DNA of 64,000 nucleotides from an uncultured Saprospiraceae bacterium (GTDB lineage Bacteria; Bacteroidota; Bacteroidia; Chitinophagales; Saprospiraceae): NCBI GenBank assembly GCA_964525915.1, contig CAZGKN010000002.1, positions 1,194 to 65,193 of the forward strand, read 5' to 3'. Shown piece by piece: positions 58,222 to 64,000 of this stretch (position 1 is its first letter; each line of letters starts with the position of its first letter). The notes under the pieces were generated by a model. It saw only the letters and a program-made list of their open reading frames with translations, ran no database searches and was not told where the DNA came from. The position numbers and the translations under genes were made by a program.

Positions 58222-59124
58222 ATGACATTAGAATCAGTGCCACACGGAGTGAGTGACACAGAAAAAGGGTATGGAAGTTGGCAGGACTACGGCGCGCGGT
58301 GGTACTCTCCAGAGTTGGGGCGGTGGGCACAGGTTGACCCGATGGCATCAGCGAGAAATTGGGTAAGCCCATATAATTATGTGCAGAATAATCCAATTGG
58401 TAGAATTGACCCACAAGGGATGATTGACGACTGGTATCAGAATAATGAAACTGGAAAGGTTGAATGGCATGAGGGAAGTGGGAAAAAAGATGGATACACT
58501 CATCTCGGCTCCACTGTGACTGGTACAGATCAGGATGGTAATACAATGTATGGAGCACAGGATGGCAATTGGTATAACTCCGTTCCCTTGGCCGGAGCAA
58601 CCATAACGGCTAAGCCGGTCTACAAGGAAAGTGCAGCATATAGTATGTTTGGAGAATTGGCAAGTGGTAAAAACTTGGGGTCCGATAATCCTTATTTGCC
58701 ATATCAAGGCCCTGATGCCATATCCATTCAGTTAAATGTATCGGCAAGTGGTTTTTTGGGCGAAAGTGGATTTTGTGCAGGTATTGCATTCAGTGATAGT
58801 GAACTGGGTGCTTTCGCATCCACTTATGGCGGTGTGGGAGTATCTGCCCCAGGAATTGGACTTTCATTTCAGGTGAACTTTCATAATAGAACTTTAAGAG
58901 GAAGTCCTTCACTAAGCAATATTGGCGGTATAGATGCCGGTGGATCTGTTGGATTGGGTTTAATTGGTGGTTATTCGAGATCTGTTCAAATTAAGGGCGG
59001 AGCAATTACTCCTATTGAAGGATTTCGCACTTATAGTATTGATGCAGGCGTTGGCGGAGGATTGCCTTTGGGAGGTAGAGCCTCAATTTCTACCACGGGA
59101 TACATTCCGATAATAAAAAAATGA
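58222..59124 (+). CDS. RHS cassette 2: minimal core tip (from WQDYGARWY) + Gly-rich C-terminal toxin domain
   Basis: GSWQDYGARWYSPELGRW..SPYNYVQNNPIGRIDPQGM, then an unrelated domain ending in glycine-zipper-like segments (GGVGVSAPGIGL, GGIDAGGSVGLGLIGG, GVGGGLPLGG). First in-frame ATG at 58222; the ORF track starts at TTG 58198. Confidence 0.7.
   Translation: MTLESVPHGVSDTEKGYGSWQDYGARWYSPELGRWAQVDPMASARNWVSPYNYVQNNPIGRIDPQGMIDDWYQNNETGKVEWHEGSGKKDGYTHLGSTVTGTDQDGNTMYGAQDGNWYNSVPLAGATITAKPVYKESAAYSMFGELASGKNLGSDNPYLPYQGPDAISIQLNVSASGFLGESGFCAGIAFSDSELGAFASTYGGVGVSAPGIGLSFQVNFHNRTLRGSPSLSNIGGIDAGGSVGLGLIGGYSRSVQIKGGAITPIEGFRTYSIDAGVGGGLPLGGRASISTTGYIPIIKK
58278..58326 (+). repeat. conserved RHS core-tip DNA handle, copy 2
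   Basis: ttggcaggactacggcgcgcggtggtactctccagagttggggcggtgg. Confidence 0.85.
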
Positions 59125-59128
59125 TAAG

Positions 59129-59476
59129 ATGTCTACTTTTTTATTGAATACGTTAATTCTTTTAATCACACTATTATGTGTGTCATGTGGAGATTGTGAA
59201 TTTCTCGCTAATCAATATAGGAAAGATCAATTTAATATTCTATTGCAATATGAGCCGGCAGAGGGAAGAGCATATGCTTTAAAAGGAATCAATCCAATCA
59301 CTAAAGATAAAGTGCAATATAGTGATCAAGGCGGTTTTTTGGGGCTACCTTTTAAAGTCTTAATCTCTATTGGTGACACATTAGTCAAAAAACAAGGGGA
59401 ATTAAAAATCTATATTCATAAAAAAGATACTATTTTAATATTCCCTTTTAAATGTGAGGGAAAAATTTACGAATAA
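59129..59476 (+). CDS. putative immunity lipoprotein for cassette 2
   Basis: Starts 4 nt after the toxin stop. Lipobox-like LLCVSCG. 115 aa. Confidence 0.5.
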   Translation: MSTFLLNTLILLITLLCVSCGDCEFLANQYRKDQFNILLQYEPAEGRAYALKGINPITKDKVQYSDQGGFLGLPFKVLISIGDTLVKKQGELKIYIHKKDTILIFPFKCEGKIYE

Positions 59477-59486
59477 TTTATATCCT

Positions 59487-59807
59487 ATGATTTTGTTTAT
59501 AAAAATAGTTGGTATAATAGTGATTAGCTTTAATTTATTTACCATTTGGAAAATTTACAAAGCTGATGTTTATCAAAAATGGTGGAAATATCTGTTTCCG
59601 GTAATTGTGAATTTCCCAACTTTTATTGCGACTAAGGAATTTGGTTTTGATTGGAAGTTATTTAGTCTATATTCCTTTGGAAGTAATATAGCATTTGGTT
59701 ATGAGGACAATATTTCTATTGCATCCTTACCCATTGGTTCATTTTATATTTGGTGGAAATTGCGAGGGTGGGAAATTGATAAAGAATTTGACCAAGTAGG
59801 AAAATGA
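59487..59807 (+). CDS. small membrane protein (second immunity-type gene of cassette 2)
   Basis: ATG lies 11 nt after the preceding stop; the ORF track extends to GTG 59454. 2-3 TM helices. Confidence 0.4.
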   Translation: MILFIKIVGIIVISFNLFTIWKIYKADVYQKWWKYLFPVIVNFPTFIATKEFGFDWKLFSLYSFGSNIAFGYEDNISIASLPIGSFYIWWKLRGWEIDKEFDQVGK

Positions 59808-59976
59808 TTAAGATAGAATTTCAAAAAGCTTGAATGAGGTGTTTGGACTTTTATTAAATGGCAAATGTCAGAGACTACATTCTTTGGAGGAACGACAAAG
59901 AGTCGCAGCGACCAGAAGTAAAGACACTTGGGACAACACTACAGATGCGATAAAGAATAACTATCTTTATAATGGT

Positions 59977-60104
59977 GAACGAGGTAGAAAAGGTCTTTGA
60001 ATAGACCTTTTCAACGAAGTGAAACGAAACGAAGGTTCATCCTGATAAGGTGAACCAAAGTGGAGTCAGAAAACTCTTGAGGCACGAAAGAGTGCTTCTG
60101 CGGT
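59977..60104 (+). other. 128-nt structured insertion inside the YNG|KE motif of cassette 3
   Basis: Absent from the homologous position in cassette 1. GGT is present at both junctions (59974-76 and 60102-04). Three stem-loops at 59988-60011, 60034-60056 and 60079-60098. Removing 59977-60104 restores one continuous frame. Confidence 0.65.
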
Positions 60105-60133
60105 AAGGAGCTACATGACTGGTCGGGTCTAAA

Positions 60134-60182
60134 CTGGACAGACTACGGGGCGAGGTGGTATATGCCGGAGTTAGGCAGGTTT
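60134..60182 (+). repeat. conserved RHS core-tip DNA handle, copy 3
   Basis: ctggacagactacggggcgaggtggtatatgccggagttaggcaggttt. Confidence 0.8.
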
Positions 60183-60852
60183 ACGGGGGTGGATCCGATA
60201 TCAGATCAGTATCCACATGTGAGTGTGTATAACTATGCGGAGAATGAGCCGGTGGGGCATATTGATCTTTGGGGTTTGCAGAAGGCTATTTCGGTGATAC
60301 AAATGGGTAAAAACAGTGAAGGAAAATGGTACACTAACAGTGCCTTTACAATGGAACGTGGTGATATGAGATGGAATAATTATTCCTCCAGTACTGATTT
60401 GGGGGCAAGAGGACATTTATTAGTAATCGATAATTTAGTGACAGGAGGCAGAGTGTCGGCATACAAGCAAACGCTTATAGATAGGATATTAAACAGATTT
60501 GATGGCGGAGGACCTGAGACGGAAGTAGGAGGCGGTACAATGTACTTTAAGACCGATGGGATGGGTAAGGAAACCCGATTTAGTCCGAATGCAGATATAG
60601 GAGAGAATATTGATGACCTGATGGGCGCATTTGATCTGGCAAAAGCTGCCGGAACAAGCATAATGGGACTGGAAGGATCGGCAAAAGATATAGGGAAAGG
60701 AGTAGCAGAAATATTGGATTTTTCTAATAATGCTTATCAGGCTAAAGATGGGGTAAGAGATGCTATAAAACCAACAAAAGTGGAAGATAAAGATACCACT
60801 ATTAAGAATGGGAATCAATATATTCACTATGATAAACAAGACTTAAAAGAAA

Positions 60853-61587
60853 ATGGAAGGCATAAAGGGTAAAAGAGGATTTTTTTTTCTGGTAGTAAGT
60901 ATTATTCTGATTTTCTTTTATTTTTTTACAAAATATTTCTACACTAGGAAAAGAGATGAAAAGGGAATTGTTGTAACAACATATAATCCCATCAGTAGAA
61001 ACTATCATCAAAAAAATTATAATGACCATTGTAAACTGATCAATGAGTTTTATTATAATAAAAATGGAAAATTTGGTGAGGAAGTTGGATATTATGATGA
61101 TGGAACAATAAAGTTTATCGTGCCATATTCAAATGGGGTAAAGGATGGCGTAAGTAAATTTTATACATGTTCAGGTCAAATGAAAGCTCTAAATTATTAC
61201 TTCCGAGGATATCACTATTTTAAAAAGATATTTATTTATGATAAAGGTAAATTTGATTCTTCAGAGACCATTATTCCCGTGCTTCAGGATGTTCGTTTAA
61301 ATTTAAAAGGTGATAGTTTGATAGCGGATATACTAGTATATGATTATAGATTGGATTATATTAGAGACAGTCTAGAATTGTTTTATGAATTATATGATAC
61401 AATTAATCGGGATGGAGTTTTTCCTTATACACCAAGTAATTCTATTATGGTTGGTGGGTATGGTATTAAAAAATTGAAGTTTCATATAGTAGACAAGAAA
61501 AAAAAGTTCTTATTTGTAATGATTGGAGAGAAAAAAAATGGCAAAATAAAAGAAAATGAGGCATTAATTAAGGAAATTGACCTTTGA
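60853..61587 (+). CDS. membrane-anchored MORN-variant (YwqK-like) repeat protein, putative immunity protein for cassette 3
   Basis: Overlaps the toxin ORF end by 20 nt. N-terminal TM helix. Repeats of the type GEEVGYYDDGTIKFIVPYSNGVKDGVSKFY. Confidence 0.58.
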   Translation: MEGIKGKRGFFFLVVSIILIFFYFFTKYFYTRKRDEKGIVVTTYNPISRNYHQKNYNDHCKLINEFYYNKNGKFGEEVGYYDDGTIKFIVPYSNGVKDGVSKFYTCSGQMKALNYYFRGYHYFKKIFIYDKGKFDSSETIIPVLQDVRLNLKGDSLIADILVYDYRLDYIRDSLELFYELYDTINRDGVFPYTPSNSIMVGGYGIKKLKFHIVDKKKKFLFVMIGEKKNGKIKENEALIKEIDL

Positions 61588-61646
61588 TCCCACTAACTTA
61601 AGGACACATTAATCATTGTGATTAGCTATTTTCTACGTGTTAATAA

Positions 61647-61756
61647 ACCCTGCTCGGCGTAGGTTCTGCCTGTGACGTAGTGATAAATAAGCTGTGCTTA
61701 TGGAAAGAAGAAGATAGACAAAGCCTCTGGTACGGGAGGTTGGAGGCTTTATTATT
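61647..61756 (+). repeat. 110-nt direct repeat, copy A (ends in terminator-like hairpin)
   Basis: 102/110 identical to 62705-62814 by my manual alignment. Contains the cgtagg..cctgtg hairpin and aaagcctc..gaggcttt followed by attatt. Confidence 0.9.
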
Positions 61757-61930
61757 TAACGATAAGTAAAAGCCTGTCTAAAATTCATGCTCTCCTTCAC
61801 AATATCTGATCTTTCCCATTAAATTGGTATAATTTTTTGCAGAGACTGTTTTTAATTTACATTTAAGGAGGTTGTTGTGTTCAACGCCAAAAAGTTTCTT
61901 ACTAAAACACTTTATTGGTAATAAAGGATT

Positions 61931-62227
61931 TTATCTTTTTCGCCATCTTTCCGGGTTGAGCGAGGTATGAAAAACCGCTACTACAATAATGGTTTTTTGT
62001 AGTTCATCAATAGTATAATGCACCATAAACGGAAATACGTCTAAAATGGCACAGCGTATATCATCATACTTAATGGTAGTAGTTTTTGGATTATTACGAA
62101 TAAATAGAACTTTAGAGCGTATTTCTTCAACAAACAGTTTTCCTAATCCTTTCTGTTTGGATTCATACCACGTTACTGCATCTGAAATATCTTGTTTGGC
62201 AAGAGGTAAAATAAAGGCTTTGTACAT
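61931..62227 (-). CDS. RelE/ParE-family type II toxin
   Basis: 98 aa. Directly abuts the upstream 76-aa gene (stop and start adjacent). Typical ..VV.VFH.. C-terminal strand. Confidence 0.8.
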   Translation of the reverse strand: MYKAFILPLAKQDISDAVTWYESKQKGLGKLFVEEIRSKVLFIRNNPKTTTIKYDDIRCAILDVFPFMVHYTIDELQKTIIVVAVFHTSLNPERWRKR

Positions 62228-62458
62228 TTATATGTCTTGTTCGATATCATCCATGGACTTTTCAAAATCCAAAGCAGGTACAGACTTTCTTTTGTAATCG
62301 TCAAGGCGTTTACGGACTTCCTCTGTATGCCAATTAGGAATATCGATTTGTTCAATATCCTTGTATTTATTTTTGAGTTCATTCCATTCTGAAATAGGAA
62401 TAAAAACTCCAGTTGTTTTGCCAGTATTGTCTAAAATATATTGGAGATTCATAATCAC
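62228..62458 (-). CDS. antitoxin partner of the RelE/ParE toxin
   Basis: 76 aa with an acidic C-terminus. Gene order is antitoxin then toxin. Confidence 0.62.
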   Translation of the reverse strand: MIMNLQYILDNTGKTTGVFIPISEWNELKNKYKDIEQIDIPNWHTEEVRKRLDDYKRKSVPALDFEKSMDDIEQDI

Positions 62459-62704
62459 AATAATTTTTGGTTTTTAACGAAAGTGTGTTTGTTTTAAAAT
62501 CGCAAATTCAAATACCACCAGATACAAGGATAAAATATCCTAATCGAAAAGGCATAAATGCATGACTTATCACAGACATACACATAATAACGCAAATATA
62601 GAACAAAAGATGCAGTAAAAAAGTCAATAATACCAATTCGGTAAGTACAAAGTCTGTAAGTTTACATTGATGGATTCATGAAATTTATCCTTATATATCA
62701 CTCG

Positions 62705-62814
62705 ACCCCGCTCGGCGTAGGTTTTGCCTACGACGTAGTGATAAATAAGCTGTGCTTAAGGAAAGAAGAAGATAGACAAAGCCTCTGGTTGTGGAGGTTG
62801 GAGGCTTTATTATT
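62705..62814 (+). repeat. 110-nt direct repeat, copy B
   Basis: See copy A. Its 3' TTATTATT is the target site of the adjacent MITE. Confidence 0.9.
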
Positions 62815-63214
62815 GTAACTACTCACCTCAAATATATCAATTTCAACAAAAAGATTAATTACCTAAATAAAGTTAGGAGGACAGCCTTGGCAAGGCTGAA
62901 TATCAATAACCCTGGGTGCAAACCTGGGGAATGGTATCAAGGTTAATGCGATTTGGCGTGATTTTTGCCTGTCCAAAACAATTTATATTTTTCATCAGAA
63001 AATTATTTTGCAAAAATCGTGACAAATTCTAAATACTAATCGATGTAATTTGGAATATTGGTTCAACCCTTATCAGGGTTGGTTGATTTGTAAATCATTT
63101 ACCCCCAATTAAATTGGGGGCTATTTATATTTTGCCCTCTCAGGGCAAGTGAGCAATAATGATTTATTCACAACTTTTTACTGACATTATATCCGAATTG
63201 AGGTGAATAGTTAC
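62815..63214. mobile_element. 400-bp non-autonomous element (MITE) with 17-bp TIRs and 8-bp target-site duplication
   Basis: Left TIR gtaactactcacctcaa (62815-62831). Right TIR reverse complement gtaactattcacctcaa (63198-63214), 16/17 match. TTATTATT flanks both ends (62807-62814, 63215-63222). No ORF inside. The empty-site sequence gggctttattatttagcg is seen at 55448-55465 next to the paralogous yoeB. Confidence 0.75.
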
Positions 63215-63235
63215 TTATTATTTAGCGGAAGCGAT

Positions 63236-63499
63236 TTACAAGAGATAATGTCCTTTGGCTGAAAGAATCAAAACAAAGTTATCCTCAACTTCATAAACAA
63301 GGCGATGTTCTCTGTTGATCCTACGAGACCAAGCTCCAGCGAGATTGTATTTAAGCAGTTCGGGCTTACCGATGCCAGAGTATGGATGAAGTTTAATGTC
63401 ATCAATAAGCTGCGAAATCTTCTTTATTATAGCTTTATTGCCTGTAGCAACCCAATAGCTGAGATCATCCTCTGCATCGGGGAGAAATATTACTTCCAT
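63236..63499 (-). CDS. yoeB: YoeB/Txe-family type II toxin (copy 2)
   Basis: ..GAWSRRINREHRLVYEV..ILSAKGHYLL. Paralogue of 55475..55747. Confidence 0.87.
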   Translation of the reverse strand: MEVIFLPDAEDDLSYWVATGNKAIIKKISQLIDDIKLHPYSGIGKPELLKYNLAGAWSRRINREHRLVYEVEDNFVLILSAKGHYLL

Positions 63500-63705
63500 A
63501 AAGCGTTCAATTGCTCAGAAGTAAATACTTTGCCTTTGCCTTCTTTGTAATCTTGTCTTGCTTTTTCAATCTTTGCGACGAACTCCGGATCATAGACTTC
63601 CTCCTTAGCGACTTTAAATTTAATTTTAAGAGCCTTCATAAAAGCCGTTAAAGCTTCGAATTGCTCTTCAGTCTTAGGATGTGCGATTACTTCTTGTGCT
63701 TTCAT
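63490..63705 (-). CDS. antitoxin partner of YoeB copy 2
   Basis: 71 aa. Paralogue of 55744..55962. Overlaps the toxin start. Confidence 0.65.
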   Translation of the reverse strand: MKAQEVIAHPKTEEQFEALTAFMKALKIKFKVAKEEVYDPEFVAKIEKARQDYKEGKGKVFTSEQLNALWK

Positions 63706-64000
63706 AGCGCTGTTATATTTTTAAGTTTATCAAATTTAAACAAATTATCTATGGTATACAGGTTATGGTACTTGCCTGTGCGTATAACATTATTCTTTCC
63801 CCAAAAGTTATAATAATGTGTTTTAAATCATCAAGATAGCGTTAATAGATGCAAATTTATATTAGTTTTTGGAAATACAAAAATGGGATAATCTTGTTTG
63901 TTCAAAATCCAAAATACCATTTTCATATGTCAGAGTCTCATATCTACCATTTTTTTTGATTCCCATCAATCCACCGCATTCCTCCAAAATTCCTTATCTT

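Larger units (their letters stand above)
59902..60872 (+). pseudogene. RHS cassette 3: core tip interrupted by a 128-nt insertion + novel C-terminal domain
   Basis: Frame 1 reads ..KDTWDNTTDAIKNNYLYNG up to 59976. Frame 0 resumes at 60102 with GKELHDWSGLNWTDYGARWYMPELGRF..NEPVGHIDLWGL, followed by an unrelated C-terminal domain. ORF-track entry 60162..60872 is the distal part. Confidence 0.7.

Noticed and set aside
57996-58256. 86-aa ORF starting with an ATGA overlap after the cassette 1 immunity gene
   Set aside because: The overlap is suggestive, but the sequence is low-complexity spacer that runs into the RHS handle of cassette 2 in the wrong frame. It is probably non-coding inter-cassette DNA.
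58130-58600. 156-aa minus-strand ORF across RHS cassette 2
   Set aside because: It is antisense to the conserved RHS handle, whose plus-strand reading (WQDYGARWYSPELGRW) is clearly the real one.
60034-60056. Possible hammerhead ribozyme core (cctgataagg ... gaaac) inside the 128-nt insertion
   Set aside because: The sequence reads CUGAUAA, not CUGAnGA. The catalytic G8 position is A, and the GAAA/stem III arrangement does not fit.
59974-60104. Programmed translational bypass between matching GGT codons, analogous to phage T4 gene 60
   Set aside because: It is kept only as a remote alternative in the finding. The gap (~125 nt) is far longer than known bypasses, no stop codon directly follows the take-off codon, and the cassette lacks a proper start anyway.
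61647-61756. 110-nt repeat as an integron attC site, given the TA cassettes nearby
   Set aside because: The two ends of the repeat are not complementary to each other. No RYYYAAC / GTTRRRY pair is present and there is no integrase.
63944-64000. Short minus-strand open frame (..KIRNFGGMRWIDGNQKKW stop) entering from beyond the window end
   Set aside because: Only 18 codons are visible and there is no recognisable motif, so a gene cannot be supported.

Overview
The window looks like a Bacteroidota chromosome. Supporting signs are a T9SS-type C-terminal sorting domain with SprB repeats, TAnnTTTG -7 promoter boxes, an exbB-exbD-exbD-tonB-PstS-like-TPR cluster and a GH3/beta-lactamase fusion.

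nt 1-48.9 kb is densely packed, mostly conserved housekeeping DNA:
- the distal end of the dcw cluster (murC-ftsQ-ftsA-ftsZ), fabH, a TonB-dependent receptor, rpe and surE-lpxB
- a NifU-like protein, PBP1A, an OmpA/TolB-like protein and the TonB energising cluster
- a visibly G+C-richer DnaE2-type polymerase gene, thiL and an rluA-family gene
- a large SprB-repeat T9SS cargo, ggt and an Omp85/PD40-type outer-membrane protein

nt 48.9-64 kb is an accessory, AT-rich patchwork. It holds four type II toxin-antitoxin pairs (VapBC-like, two paralogous YoeB pairs, one ParE/RelE pair). It also holds an array of three 5'-truncated RHS core-tip plus variable C-terminal toxin cassettes, each followed by immunity-type genes. 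No full-length rhs gene, integrase or transposase is in view.

Most noteworthy observations:
1. The detached RHS orphan toxin/immunity array.
2. A 128-nt structured insertion exactly inside the conserved YNGKE motif of cassette 3; removing it restores the reading frame.
3. A 400-bp MITE with 17-bp terminal inverted repeats and an 8-bp TTATTATT target duplication, with an empty-site paralogue in the same window.
4. A (CA)19 tract that splits an ArnT/PMT-like membrane glycosyltransferase gene, a candidate phase-variation switch.
5. Several families of intergenic repeats and operator-like palindromes.

No rRNA, tRNA or CRISPR array was recognised. All protein calls rest on motif recognition by eye and on gene context, not on database searches.
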